Part shown: piece after piece, positions 29,152-39,894 of the stretch
How the letters are laid out: each line of letters starts with the position of its first letter
How positions within the stretch are numbered: position 1 is the first letter of the stretch
From: an uncultured delta proteobacterium
Lineage (GTDB): Bacteria > Myxococcota_A > Polyangia > Fen-1088
DNA length: 64,000 nucleotides
NCBI GenBank assembly: GCA_963767925.1
Contig: CAVYGB010000001.1
Span: 160,001 to 224,000, forward strand
Direction: 5' to 3'
Translations under genes and position numbers: made by a program
The notes under the pieces: generated by a model
Databases searched by the model: none
Told to the model about the DNA's origin: nothing
The model's input: the letters and a program-made list of their open reading frames with translations, nothing else

Positions 29152-29336
29152 AAGCTGCCAGGTGCCGCGATCAGCCTCGAGCGAACGGCTCTCTGCGGGC
29201 GCCACGAGGCCCGGGAATCCGACTCCCTCCCCCTAAGTGGCAGAACCGATCGCCTGACGCCAGGCGCAGCCCGGGACGCGCGGCTGCTTCCGTCGGGGAG
29301 GCGGTCGTGTAGGATGAAGGCGGCGGCGCCCCTGAC

Positions 29337-31280
29337 ATGGATGAGGCTTCGGTCTTCGAGAGGATGGTCGACTCGGTCGCCTGCTTCGAGCGCGACGGGA
29401 CCATCGCGTACCTCAACCCGGTGGCGGGGCGCCTGCTGGGCCGCACGCCGGCCGAGGTCATCGGGCAGAACGTCTGGACCCTCCTCCCCGCCGCGCGCGC
29501 CGGCCCCTTCGGCGTGGCCTTCGACCGGGTGGTCTGCTCGGGCGAGACCGAATGCTTCGAGAGCTCGGATCCGGCCAGCGGCCTCTGGGTGGTCAACCAC
29601 GTCTACCAGGTGGGCGGGCGCGTCTGGGTCGTCGCCCGCGACATCACCGAGCAGAAGCTGGCCGCCGCCCGGCTGGAGATCCTGGCCGACGCTGCCCAGG
29701 CCTTCTCCGAGGCGGCCAGCGACACCGCGAGCGTGTTCGAGCGGATCGCCCGCCAGGTCTCGGAGGTGCTGCGCGACCTGTGTGTCGTGCGCCTGCTGTC
29801 GCCCGACGGCCAGCACTTCGAGGAGCCGGTGGGCCTGTGGGACGCCGATCCCGGCTGCCGCGAGCTGCTGCAGGGCACCCCCGCGGTGGCCGCCAGCGAG
29901 ACGGTCGGCCCCGAGATCCTCCGCACCGGCCGGCCGGTCGTGATGATTAGCGTCGATCCCGCCGCGGTGGCCGCCCGCATCGCCCCCTCGCCGCGCCGGG
30001 ACCTGGTCGAGCGCCTGAAGATCCACAGCATCATGGTGGTGCCGATGAAGGCCCGCGGGCAGGTCCTCGGCATCCTCAGCGTGGCCCGCCGCCAGACCGG
30101 CACGCCGTTGCCCTACAGCGACGCCGACCTGTCCTTGCTGGAGGCGCTGGCCGACCGGGCCGCCCTGGTCGTCAGCCGCTGGCGCACCTTCGAGCTGGTC
30201 GAGAAGTCGCGCGCCCAGCTCCGGATCATCGGTGACTCGCTGCCCGTGCTGGTCTCGCTAGTCGACCGTCACGAGCGCTACGTGTTCGTGAACGCCACAT
30301 ACCAGAAGTGGTTCGGCCATGCGCCCGAGACCATCGTGGGCCGCACCCTGGCCGAGGTGCTCGGCCCCCCGGCCTACGAGGCGGTGGCCACCCACGTGCG
30401 CAACGTCCTGGCCGGCCAGCCGGTGAGCTTCCAGACCCGGGTCCCCTACGCCCACGGCGTCGCCCGCGACGTCGAGGCGTCTTACACCCCTTACGTGATC
30501 GACGGCCAGGTGGAGGGCTTCGTCGCCCTCGTCGCCGACGTGACCGACCGGGTCGAGATGGAGCAGTCGTTGAAGACGGCGGTCGCCGTGCGCGACGAGT
30601 TCCTCTCGATCGCCTCGCACGAGCTGCGCACCCCGCTGGCCGCCCTGCAGCTCCAGATCGACGGCACCCAGCGCTCGATGGCTCGCGGGTGGCAGGAGCC
30701 CGACCTCGAGCGGGCCCGGGCCCGCATCGGCAAGGCCAGCCGGCAGATCCAGCGGCTCAGCAGCCTCGTCGATGGCCTGCTCAACGTCTCCCGCATCTCG
30801 GGCGGGCGCTTCCGCCTCGAGCCCGAGGAGTTCGACCTGTCCACCCTGGTGGCGGAGGTGGTCGAGCGCTTCGAGGAAGAGGCGGCGCGCGTGGGAGCGC
30901 CGATCCGACTGCAGGCTCCGGCGGCGCTCAGCGGGAGCTGGGACCGAAACCGGGTCGACCAGGTGCTGACCAACCTGCTGTCCAACGCCCTCAAATACGG
31001 GGAGGGCAAGCCGGTGCTGGTGGCGCTGGACGGCGACCCCCAGCAGGTGCGGCTGTCGGTCCGCGACGAGGGGATGGGCATCGAGGAGGCCAACCTCGAT
31101 CGCATCTTCGGCCGCTTCGAGCGCGCCGTCTCCTCCCGCAACTACGGTGGCCTGGGCCTGGGCCTGTACATCGCCCGCCAGATCGTCGGCGCCCACGGGG
31201 GCACCATCCAGGTCGGCAGCACGCTCGGCCAGGGCGCCACCTTCACCGTCACCCTGCCCCGCACCGAAGCGCCCGCCTGA
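29337..31280 (+). CDS. PAS-GAF-PAS sensor histidine kinase
   Basis: IASHELRTPL H-box, NLLSNALKY, VRDEGMGI, GGLGLGL, GATF. Confidence 0.95.
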   Translation: MDEASVFERMVDSVACFERDGTIAYLNPVAGRLLGRTPAEVIGQNVWTLLPAARAGPFGVAFDRVVCSGETECFESSDPASGLWVVNHVYQVGGRVWVVARDITEQKLAAARLEILADAAQAFSEAASDTASVFERIARQVSEVLRDLCVVRLLSPDGQHFEEPVGLWDADPGCRELLQGTPAVAASETVGPEILRTGRPVVMISVDPAAVAARIAPSPRRDLVERLKIHSIMVVPMKARGQVLGILSVARRQTGTPLPYSDADLSLLEALADRAALVVSRWRTFELVEKSRAQLRIIGDSLPVLVSLVDRHERYVFVNATYQKWFGHAPETIVGRTLAEVLGPPAYEAVATHVRNVLAGQPVSFQTRVPYAHGVARDVEASYTPYVIDGQVEGFVALVADVTDRVEMEQSLKTAVAVRDEFLSIASHELRTPLAALQLQIDGTQRSMARGWQEPDLERARARIGKASRQIQRLSSLVDGLLNVSRISGGRFRLEPEEFDLSTLVAEVVERFEEEAARVGAPIRLQAPAALSGSWDRNRVDQVLTNLLSNALKYGEGKPVLVALDGDPQQVRLSVRDEGMGIEEANLDRIFGRFERAVSSRNYGGLGLGLYIARQIVGAHGGTIQVGSTLGQGATFTVTLPRTEAPA

Positions 31281-31371
31281 AGCTGGCCCGGGCCGGCGGC
31301 CACGGCCGACCAGGTGCTGGGCGGGTGCGGTCGGGTGTGAGACCCTCGATGTGAGGTCACGAGGAGGCAAG

Positions 31372-31698
31372 ATGGAGGGCAACTTGGAGGGCAAGATGCA
31401 CGGCAAGATGCATGGATTGATCGGGAAGATGATCGCCAGGGAAGGCCAGCGGGAGGCGCTGGTGGCCCTCATGCTCGAGGGGAGCGCGAAGATGCCGGGC
31501 TGTCTGGTCTACGTCGTGGCCCGCGATCCGGCCGACGCCGTCTCGATCTGGGTGACGGAGGTGTGGGACAGCAAGGAGAGCCACCAGGCCTCCCTGGAGC
31601 TGCCCGCGGTCAAGGCCGCCATCGACCGCGCCCGTCCCCTCATCGCCGGCTTCGGCGACTACGTCGTCACCGAGCCGATCGGCGGCCTGGGCCTCTGA
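31372..31698 (+). CDS. Antibiotic biosynthesis monooxygenase (ABM) / putative quinol monooxygenase
   Basis: GLIGKM..., MPGCLVYVV, IWVTEVWDSKESHQASL. Alternative starts at 31396 and 31408. Confidence 0.88.
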   Translation: MEGNLEGKMHGKMHGLIGKMIAREGQREALVALMLEGSAKMPGCLVYVVARDPADAVSIWVTEVWDSKESHQASLELPAVKAAIDRARPLIAGFGDYVVTEPIGGLGL

Positions 31699-31825
31699 GG
31701 GCAGGGCCCGCGGGCGCGAGGCGGGGGCCGGCGCGCGCTTGCCGTGGATCCATGACAGGGCCGTGGCTGCGGGCGACTTATCTTGTTCTCAGGTTGGTGG
31801 GAATGCCGGCCAGGGGGAGGTCGCG

Positions 31826-32434
31826 ATGGACCAGGGTGTTCGTTCGATGGGTCAAGATGCGCCGGCGTCCGAGCTGGTCGTGGACATCTTCAGGAAGGCC
31901 TGGTGGGCGCTGGCCTTTCGCGGCCTGGTGGCCATCGCCCTCGGGATTGTCGCGCTGGGCTGGCCAGGGGTGACCCTGTTCGTCCTGATGGCCATCATCG
32001 GGATCTACTTCTTCCTCGACGGTGTGTTGACCCTGGTGGCGACGTTTCACGCCGCCCGCGACGGGCGGAGCTGGTGGCCGTACCTGCTGCAGGGGCTGCT
32101 GGGGATCGGGGTGGGGCTGGTGGCCTTCATCCGTCCCGTGTCATTCGTCTTCGCCGTCACCATCCTGGTCGGCCTGCGGGCCATCCTCATGGCCGCGACC
32201 GAGCTGGCCGCCGCCACCTACCTGCGGCGCGAGATGGGCGCCTCGTTCTGGCTGCTGGCCATCGGCAGCGTGGTGACCCTGCTGTTCGGCGTCTTCCTGC
32301 TGGTGCGGCCGACCATCGGCGCCATGTCCCTGGTCTGGCTGTTCGGCATCCAGTGCCTCCTGTTCGGGTCGCTGCTGGTGGCCGCCGCCTTCGGCGCCCG
32401 CGGCAGCGCCCGCCGCCTGGCCAGCGTAACTTAG
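31826..32434 (+). CDS. HdeD/DUF308 family membrane protein
   Basis: GGGGAGG RBS; WWALAFRGLVAIALG..WPGVT; multiple TM segments. Confidence 0.88.
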   Translation: MDQGVRSMGQDAPASELVVDIFRKAWWALAFRGLVAIALGIVALGWPGVTLFVLMAIIGIYFFLDGVLTLVATFHAARDGRSWWPYLLQGLLGIGVGLVAFIRPVSFVFAVTILVGLRAILMAATELAAATYLRREMGASFWLLAIGSVVTLLFGVFLLVRPTIGAMSLVWLFGIQCLLFGSLLVAAAFGARGSARRLASVT

Positions 32435-32528
32435 GAGCTCCCTGCCGAGGGATGGCCGGGTTCCCTTGCAGCGCGGGCCCGGCCAGGCGGAACGCCGTAG
32501 TAAAGTGGCCTCCGAAACCGGAGGTCCC

Positions 32529-32832
32529 ATGCTGGCAGGGCTGCTCGTCCTTCTCGGTTCTCTCGCCGCCCCGGCAGCGGCGCCCGGGCGCACGCTCGAC
32601 AACTACTGGATCGACGCCGAGGGGGGCGCCTCCACCCTGCTGACGACCCACTACGTCTACCAGTCCCACCACGGGCTCGACCGCTCTCGACACCGACGAG
32701 GCGATGATCGCCAACCTCGAGCCCACCGACACCTGTCAGGGCCACTTCATCAAGCTGTCGGTCGCCCGCGACGGCAAATACACCGTCACCAACGGCCGCA
32801 CCGGCTTCAGCAAGACCTACGCTTCGCGGTGA
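32529..32832 (+). pseudogene. Internally deleted exported MBL-fold (ComEC-like) hydrolase
   Basis: Signal plus LDNYWIDAEGGASTLL (family N-terminus) joins almost directly to IANLEPTDTCQGHFIKLSV..DGKYTVTNGRTGFSKTY* (family C-terminus, another frame). The HxHxDH core is absent. Confidence 0.6.
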
Positions 32833-32857
32833 GCCTGTCGCCTCGGAGGCCACACCT

Positions 32858-35062
32858 GTGACCGGCGATGCCACGCACGCGCGCGCTGCCCGCCGGCGAT
32901 CCGGGAGCCGAGGGTGTCTGGATGGCGGGGCCGGCGGGGCCGACGTGAGGCACGATCCTTGCCTCTCGGGCCCCGGTATGTGGATCGCTCGCCGCTCGTG
33001 GACGCTCTCCTTTCAGCGGCCCGGGCCGGCCAGCTCCCCTCCGGCCGCGAGCGCGCCACGCGCGGCGACGAGGAGCGTAGGGACCGGGATCGGCGTGGTT
33101 GTCCCGGTCTTCGCGGTCTTCACGCTCCTGGCGCCCGCCTGCCGCTACGAACCGTTCGATCCCAGCACCCTGCCGGCGGCGCGCAACACCAGCTTCGTCG
33201 ACGGGGTCGACCCGGCCCGCTGTCCCGCCGTCGCCCCCCACGCGCCGAAGGCGGCGGGCGAGGCCTGCGCCTGCGACGTGCAGTGCGCGACCGGGACCTG
33301 TGCGGCGGGGATCTGCTGCGCGGGGGAGGCCTGCAGCGCCCTGCGCCCGCTCGGCATCGTCTGCCAGACCAGCGCCCAGTGCGCCTCGGGCTTCTGCGCC
33401 GACGGCGTCTGCTGCAACGTCGCCTGCAACGGCGCCTGCGTGGCCTGCAACCGCCCCGAGCAGATGGGCCAGTGTGTGCCCATCCCGGCCGGCAGCGAAG
33501 ATCGCCACGGCATCTGCCGGCGGGACCCGCCCGAGAGCTGCGGGCAGACCGGGACGTGCAACGGGCGCGGCGGCTGCGCCCGCTACCCGGCCAGCACGGA
33601 GTGCCGCCCCGCCGCCTGCGCGGGTAAGGGCGAGCTGCGCGCGGCCAGCCTGTGCGACGGGGAGGGAACCTGCGTCGACGGCGCCGCCGTGCCCTGCAGC
33701 CCCTCGACCTGCGAGGCGGGGACCTGCCGGGCGAGCTGCACGGCAGACGACACCTGCGCGCCACCTTTCAAGTGCACGGCCGGGAGCTGCGGCCCCCGCG
33801 GCCTGGGCCAGGACTGCAGCGCGGGCAGCGAGTGCGCCTCCGGCTTCTGCGCCGACGGCGTCTGCTGCGACAGCGCCTGCGGCTCCCCCTGCACCTTCTG
33901 CGCGACCGCCGACGCCCGCGGCCGCTGCCTGCCCACCCGGGTCGACCTGCCCGACCCTCGCGCCGCCCGCGGCGCGACCGACCCGGCCCGCACCTGCCCC
34001 GACGAGGGCGCCGCGAGCTGCGGCCGCAACGGCCGCTGCGACGGCCAGGGCGGCTGCCAGCGCTACCCCGAGGGGACCGTCTGCGCCGAGGCCCGCTGCG
34101 ACGGCGCCGCCAACCGCGAGACCCCCGCCGCCACCTGCGCCGCCGGCGCCTGCCGCCCGCCCGAATCGCGCGCCTGCACCCCCTACCAGGGCTGCAGCGG
34201 CACCCGCTGCCGCACCAGCTGCGGCGGCGACAGCCAGTGCGCAGCAGGCAACGTCTGCGTGGCCGGCGACTGCGGCAAGCGCCCGCTCGGCGCTGTCTGC
34301 ACTCGCGGCGGCGACTGCGGCAGCGGCGTCTGCGCCCAGGGCCGCTGCTGCGCCGGCGCCTGCACGGGGACCTGCCGCTCGTGCGCCCTGCCCGGCCAGG
34401 AGGGCACCTGCCGCGACGTCGCCGCCGGCGGCGCCGACCCCAGCGGCACCTGCCGCGACGACGCCTGCTCGAACGCCTGCGACGGCGCCGGCGGCTGCCG
34501 GCGCGAGCCAGCCGGCACCGCCTGCGGCCCCGCCCGCTGCGAGGCCGGCGCCGTCCGCCGCAGCCGCTGCAGCCCCGCCGGCGCCTGCGAGCCGGTCACC
34601 ACCCCTTGCGCCTCCGGCCAGGTGTGCATGGAGGCCCGCTGTGCCGCCCCTCCGCCGCCACCCCCTCCGCCGCCACCACCCCCCGCGCCGCCGCCCCCAC
34701 CTCCACCCGCGCCCGCGCCGCCCCCACCTCCGCCGCCGCCACCCCCGCCCCTGACGAAGTTCTTCGTCGACACCTTCGCCGCCGCCAACGGCTACCGCGA
34801 GCCGAACTGCCTGAAGATGAGCACCCCGTTCTGCAGCCCCGTCGGCCGCCTGCTCGCCCAGACCAACTACGTCTTCTGCAAGCGCTTCGGCGACGAGATG
34901 CGCGTCGGCGCCGACTTCAACCACTGGTGGCTCCTCACCGACCTCGACGTCGTCTTCCCCGGCGGCACCGGCCGCGCCTACGTCTCCGCCTACTACCTGA
35001 CCCGCTGGGGCAACGACGTAGCCAAAGACAACACCGGCCGCGAAATCCCCAACTGCCCGTGA
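32858..35062 (+). CDS. Cys-rich repeat exported protein with poly-Pro linker and SH3-like C-terminal domain
   Basis: Repeated C...C.SGFC.DGVCC..AC...C..C units; poly-Pro; C-terminal TNYVFCK...NHWWLLTDLD...YVSAYYL..WGND. Start uncertain, probably downstream. Confidence 0.8.
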   Translation: MTGDATHARAARRRSGSRGCLDGGAGGADVRHDPCLSGPGMWIARRSWTLSFQRPGPASSPPAASAPRAATRSVGTGIGVVVPVFAVFTLLAPACRYEPFDPSTLPAARNTSFVDGVDPARCPAVAPHAPKAAGEACACDVQCATGTCAAGICCAGEACSALRPLGIVCQTSAQCASGFCADGVCCNVACNGACVACNRPEQMGQCVPIPAGSEDRHGICRRDPPESCGQTGTCNGRGGCARYPASTECRPAACAGKGELRAASLCDGEGTCVDGAAVPCSPSTCEAGTCRASCTADDTCAPPFKCTAGSCGPRGLGQDCSAGSECASGFCADGVCCDSACGSPCTFCATADARGRCLPTRVDLPDPRAARGATDPARTCPDEGAASCGRNGRCDGQGGCQRYPEGTVCAEARCDGAANRETPAATCAAGACRPPESRACTPYQGCSGTRCRTSCGGDSQCAAGNVCVAGDCGKRPLGAVCTRGGDCGSGVCAQGRCCAGACTGTCRSCALPGQEGTCRDVAAGGADPSGTCRDDACSNACDGAGGCRREPAGTACGPARCEAGAVRRSRCSPAGACEPVTTPCASGQVCMEARCAAPPPPPPPPPPPPAPPPPPPPAPAPPPPPPPPPPPLTKFFVDTFAAANGYREPNCLKMSTPFCSPVGRLLAQTNYVFCKRFGDEMRVGADFNHWWLLTDLDVVFPGGTGRAYVSAYYLTRWGNDVAKDNTGREIPNCP

Positions 35063-35297
35063 CCGTCTCGACGATCCAACATCGTGTCTCCGTTCATTGG
35101 GTTCCGCAGCACCCCCGGTGCAAGTGCGGGGCCCGGCACCTCCGACCATACCCCCCTCCAGCGGGCGCTCGACCTCGGCGGCTCCAGCGCGACGAACCAG
35201 ATCCACGACATGCCTGTCGCGACGCCGTCGCTGGTTGCCGCGCGCTGGCGCCAACAACGCGCCGAGCGGTCCCATGCCATACTCTGCCGCCTCGAGC

Positions 35298-36398
35298 ATG
35301 CGAGAGACCTTCAGCTCCGTCTGCCGATCGCGCCGCCTTCGGCGCTGCGCAGGCCGCGGCATCGTCGCGCTGGTGATGGGACTTCTCCCGCCCGCTGCCC
35401 AGGCAGCGCCAGAGTCCCCGGGGACGCAGTGGACGCGCCAGTCGAGCGGGGTCACGGCCCGGCTCCGGGGGGTCAGCGCCGTGAGCGATCGCGTGGCCTG
35501 GGCCAGCGGGGCCTCCGGGACGATCTTGCGCACCGTCGACGGCGGGCGAACCTGGCAGAAGCGGACGATCCCCGGCACGGAGACCCTGGACTTCCGCGAC
35601 GTCGACGCCGTGGACGCGCGGACCGCCTACCTCCTCAGCATCGGCTCCGGCGAGGCGTCCCGCATCTACAAGACCACCGACGGCGGCGCCACCTGGGTGC
35701 TGCAGTTCCAGAACCGCGACCCGAAAGCCTTCTTCGACGCGATGGCCTTCTGGAACCCGGCCCGCGGCCTGGTCGTGGGCGACGCCGTCGACGGCCACTT
35801 CTCCGTCCTCCGCACCGAAGACGGCGGCCGCACCTGGGCGCCGGTCCCCGCGGCCGGTCTTCCGCCAGCCCTGCCCGGCGAAGCCGCCTTCGCCGCCAGC
35901 GGCACCAGCATCGCCGTCCGGGGGAGGCGCCATGCCTGGATCGGCACGGGTTCCGCCGCCTCGGCGCGTGTCCTCCGAACCGCGGACGGCGGGACCACCT
36001 GGGCCGTCTCGACGACCCCGATCCCGTCCGGTCCGACCGCGGGCATCTTCTCGATCGCGTTCCGCGACGCCCGCCACGGCCTCATCGTCGGAGGGGACTA
36101 CAAGAAGGAGACGCAGGCCCTCGCGAACGCCGCCCTCAGCCAGGACGGAGGCGCGACCTGGACGGTCGTCTCCCCACCCGGCCTGGCCGGCTTCCGCTCC
36201 GCCGCGACCTACGTCGAGGCCCCCGGCCCCCGGCGCGTCCTGGCCGTCGGGCCCTCCGGCGTGGACCAGTCCTCCGACGGCGGCCAGCGCTGGACCCCGC
36301 TGCCGCACCCGGGCTTCCACGCCGTCGCCTTCCCCCGCCACGGGACGGTTGGCTGGGCGGTCGGCGAGGGCGGCCTCATCGCACGAATCGCGCCCTGA
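35298..36398 (+). CDS. BNR/Asp-box repeat (Ycf48/WD40-YVTN-like) beta-propeller, exported
   Basis: Repeated T.DGG.TW boxes; LRGVSAVS..VAWASG, LDFRDV, EAAFAASG. Start approximate. Confidence 0.88.
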   Translation: MRETFSSVCRSRRLRRCAGRGIVALVMGLLPPAAQAAPESPGTQWTRQSSGVTARLRGVSAVSDRVAWASGASGTILRTVDGGRTWQKRTIPGTETLDFRDVDAVDARTAYLLSIGSGEASRIYKTTDGGATWVLQFQNRDPKAFFDAMAFWNPARGLVVGDAVDGHFSVLRTEDGGRTWAPVPAAGLPPALPGEAAFAASGTSIAVRGRRHAWIGTGSAASARVLRTADGGTTWAVSTTPIPSGPTAGIFSIAFRDARHGLIVGGDYKKETQALANAALSQDGGATWTVVSPPGLAGFRSAATYVEAPGPRRVLAVGPSGVDQSSDGGQRWTPLPHPGFHAVAFPRHGTVGWAVGEGGLIARIAP

Positions 36399-36456
36399 AA
36401 ATTCGAGACAGGTCACGCTCCCGCGGAAGCGTCCCACCGGATACGATACGGGCGCG

Positions 36457-38390
36457 ATGTCCGAGATCGAGGAGGCGAAGCGGGCGCTGGCCCAGGCCGA
36501 CGAGGCGTTCGGACGGGCCGACGTCGAGGCGGCCGTCGCCCATCTGTCCGCCGCCATCCGCCGCTTCACGGCCAGCGGTGACAAGCGGCAGGCAGCCATG
36601 TCCTGCGCCCGGCTCGGCGACACGTTTGCCAACTGGATGGGAAATCTGACCGCCAGCCGCGCCTGGTTCAGCCGGGCCCGGCGCCTGGTGGAGGACGAGC
36701 CGCCCTGCCTGGAACAGGGCTGGGTGGCGGTGGCCGCCATGGGCTGCGACGTCGATGACCCCGCCGAGCTCCTGGCCGCCGCCGAGCTGGCGCTGGATCG
36801 GGCGCGCCGGTTCGGAGACATCAACCTCGAGACAAAGGCCCTGGCGGACGCCGGGCTGGCCCACGTTCAGGCCGGCAGGATCGCCGCTGGCATGGCCCTG
36901 CTGGATGAGGCCATGGCCCTGGCCTGCGGACCGGCCGACGACGCCATGGCCGCCGGCAAGTCGGTCTGCTCCTTCTTCACGGCTTGCTACTACGCCACCG
37001 ACTTCGTGCGCGTGGCCTCCTGGACAGACCTGCTGCGGCAGCACGGGCTGATCGGTCTGGCGCCCGGGTCGATCGTGCTGTCGAACCACTGTGACAGCGT
37101 CCAGGCCACCTTGCTGATGGAGCTCGGACGCTGGGCCGAGGCCGAGGCGCTCCTGGTCCGGGCCAGGGTCGACTGCGAAGCCCTCATGGGCTCGTCGAGC
37201 TGGCATCCGGACATCGCCCTGGCCGATCTCCGCATCCGCCAGGAACGCCTCGCCGAGGCGGAGGCCTTGCTGCTGGGCAAGGACCAGGCCATGCAGGCCC
37301 TCCTGCCGGCCGCCCGCCTGCACCTGGCCCGCGGCGATCACCGGCTGGCCCGGGCGACCGCCCTGCGCGGCCTCCGCGCCGTTCGCCAGGACCGCTTGCG
37401 CGCCGTCGAGCTGCTGACCCTGCTTGTCGATGCCGGGCTCGCCGCGGGCGATCTGCCGGCGGCCACCGAGGCGTCGGCCAGGCTGCTGGCCTGCCTGGGG
37501 ATCTCCCCGTCGCCACGCTGCAAGCGCGGGCCGCGGCGGCGCGGGCCCGCGTGCTCATCGCCACCGGCGACTGCCCGGCAGCCGTGGCCCTCCTCGAGCA
37601 GGCCATCGACAAGCTCGACGCCCGCCAGCTCCAGTGGCTGCACGCGACCTTGCTGCTGGAGCTCGCCCGCGCCCGCCAGGGTGCCGGCGACCCAGTCGGC
37701 GCGACCCTCGACCTGACCAGCGCCGCAGCCGCGCTGGCCAAGCTGGACGTGGTGCTGGCGCCCGCCGACCGGGCCCTGCTGGAACGGCCGGACCCGCGCC
37801 CGCCCGAACCGCGCGCCGACCGGACCGCCGTGCTGGCGCGTGACGGAGGGTGGTGGGTCGCCACCTGCGCGGGCACCAGCGTCCGCCTCCAGAACAGCAA
37901 GGGGCTCGCCTACCTCGCCGAGCTGATCGCCCAACCCGGCAGCGAACGGCAGGTCCTGGACCTGGTCGACCGCGTCGAGGGCGTCGCCGGCGCCGGCGGC
38001 GTGGACCGGCGCACCCTGGGCGACGCCGGACCCGCGCTGGACGGCCGGGCCCGAGCCGCCTACCGCGACCGCATCGAGGAGCTGCGCTCGATCGCCACCG
38101 ACGCGATCGCGGACGGGCGCCTCGAAGCCGCCGAGGCCGCCCAGTCCGAGATCGACGCGCTGGCCGCCCAGCTCGCCAGCGCCTTCGGGCTGGGTGGCCG
38201 CGATCGGCGGGCCGCGTCGGCCGCCGAGCGCGCCCGCCTGAACGTCACCCGGGCCCTGCGCGCCTCGCTCGCCCGCCTCCGCGACGCGCTGCCCGCCGCC
38301 CAGGTCCTCGACCGGCGGGTGCGCACCGGCCTCTACTGCGCCTACGAACCCGCCCCCGACGACGAGACCCGCTGGGTCGTTCAGTCCTGA
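36457..38390 (+). pseudogene. MalT/LuxR-like TPR transcriptional regulator split by one frameshift near 37497-37500
   Basis: MSEIEEAK... TPR-like region; adding one G to the GGGG run gives LGDLPVATLQARAAAARARVLIAT, continuing into ORF 37551..38390 with SKGLAYLAELI..PG, LD.RARAAYR, AERARLNVTRALR. Confidence 0.75.
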
Positions 38391-38427
38391 TTGAACGGAA
38401 GCGGGCCCGATTGAACGCCCTGGGGGT

Positions 38428-39165
38428 ATGAACGACACACGCGCGACAATCGACGAAATCGCCAAGGGCATCTACCGGATCTCGACCTTCGTCCCCGAGG
38501 TCACCCCCGACGGCTTCACCTTCAACCAGTTCCTGATCGCCGCCGACCAACCGCTGCTGTTCCACACCGGCCCCCGCGGCATGTTTCCCCTGGTCGCCGA
38601 AGCCGTCGCCAGGGTCCTCCCCGTCGAGTCCCTGCGCTGGATCAGCTTCGGCCACGTCGAGTCCGACGAGTGCGGCTCGATGAACATGTGGCTGGCCGCC
38701 GCCCCCAACAGCCGCGTCGCCTACGGCGCCCTCGGCTGCGACATCTCCCTCAACGACATGTGCGACCGCCCCCCCCGCCCCCTGGCCGAAGGCGAGGTGA
38801 TCGACCTGGGCGGCAAACGCATCCGCCAGATCTCCACCCCCCACGTCCCCCACGGCTGGGAAGCCCAGGTCCTCTACGAAGAGACCACCAGCACCCTCTT
38901 CTGCGGCGACCTCTTCAGCCAAGTCGGCGCCGCCCCCCCCCTCACCACCGCCGACGTCGTCGAACCCGCCCTCGCCGCCGAGCGCATGTTCCACGCCACC
39001 TGCCTCACCCCCAACACCGGCCGCATCCTGCGGTCATTGGGGGATCTGTCCCCCCACACCCTCGCGATCATGCACGGCCAGTCCTTCCAGGGCGACGGCA
39101 AGGCAGCGCTGTACCGCCTCGCCGCGGGATACGAGGGCCTTTCGACCCGCGCCGAAGCCGCGTAA
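38428..39165 (+). CDS. MBL-fold flavodiiron-like / oxygen-binding di-iron domain protein
   Basis: FTFNQFLI, LFHTG, FGHVESDECG, TPHVPHGWE, LFCGDLF, LAIMHG. Confidence 0.88.
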   Translation: MNDTRATIDEIAKGIYRISTFVPEVTPDGFTFNQFLIAADQPLLFHTGPRGMFPLVAEAVARVLPVESLRWISFGHVESDECGSMNMWLAAAPNSRVAYGALGCDISLNDMCDRPPRPLAEGEVIDLGGKRIRQISTPHVPHGWEAQVLYEETTSTLFCGDLFSQVGAAPPLTTADVVEPALAAERMFHATCLTPNTGRILRSLGDLSPHTLAIMHGQSFQGDGKAALYRLAAGYEGLSTRAEAA

Positions 39166-39335
39166 CTACCGCTTCCTCATCGAGAGCCCCACCGACGTCC
39201 CGGAAGAGACGGTCTACTCCCAGTAGATTTCAAACGTGGGTAGAAGATGGTTGTGAGCCCCGACCGGAGGCTGTGGTTGCGTAGACCACCGCCCCCAGGA
39301 TCAGCCGTCAGCGGGCAACGCCCGACCCCGGTCGT

Positions 39336-39839
39336 TCACTGCAGCCACTGCCGGATGGCCTCGTGGGCCTGCTCCTTCTGGCGGTCGGGGGCCCCGTCCA
39401 GCAGATAGACCCGGCGCCCACCGCATTCGATGGACAGCCTCACGAAAACTCTCTGCCACTGATGCCACTGCGGCAGCAGGCCTACCTCCCAGGCCCGCCC
39501 GCGCAGCAGCGCCAAGCGCACGTTCCGTAGGGGAGCTTCGGCGATAGCCGTTCCGCCGTCGCCTCCGGATACGATCCGGGCGGTCGTGCGGCTCAGCTCG
39601 ATCCTATGACTTTGAAGCGCGAGCCGGACGCCGATCCGACCGACCCAGGCTCCCAGCGCGAGCGCCGGCACCGCAATAGCCAGCGACTGCCCACTCCCCC
39701 GCGTCGAGGCAGACACCAAGCACAGCCCGCCCAGCACGACCAGCAGCCCGCCGAGGAGCAGCGGAAACCCCGACACCCCGTTGAAACCGCCGCGCCCTGT
39801 CTCGATGACCAAGCTGTCTGCAGACCGCGCGATCTTCAC
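39336..39839 (-). CDS. Hypothetical two-TM membrane protein (candidate immunity protein)
   Basis: Two hydrophobic helices; directly downstream of a Gly-rich toxin-like ORF. Confidence 0.5.
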   Translation of the reverse strand: MKIARSADSLVIETGRGGFNGVSGFPLLLGGLLVVLGGLCLVSASTRGSGQSLAIAVPALALGAWVGRIGVRLALQSHRIELSRTTARIVSGGDGGTAIAEAPLRNVRLALLRGRAWEVGLLPQWHQWQRVFVRLSIECGGRRVYLLDGAPDRQKEQAHEAIRQWLQ

Positions 39840-39894
39840 TGCCTACGCCACTTTCGATGCATATTCGCCAAGATCCGAGCCCATCGCGCGAGCT

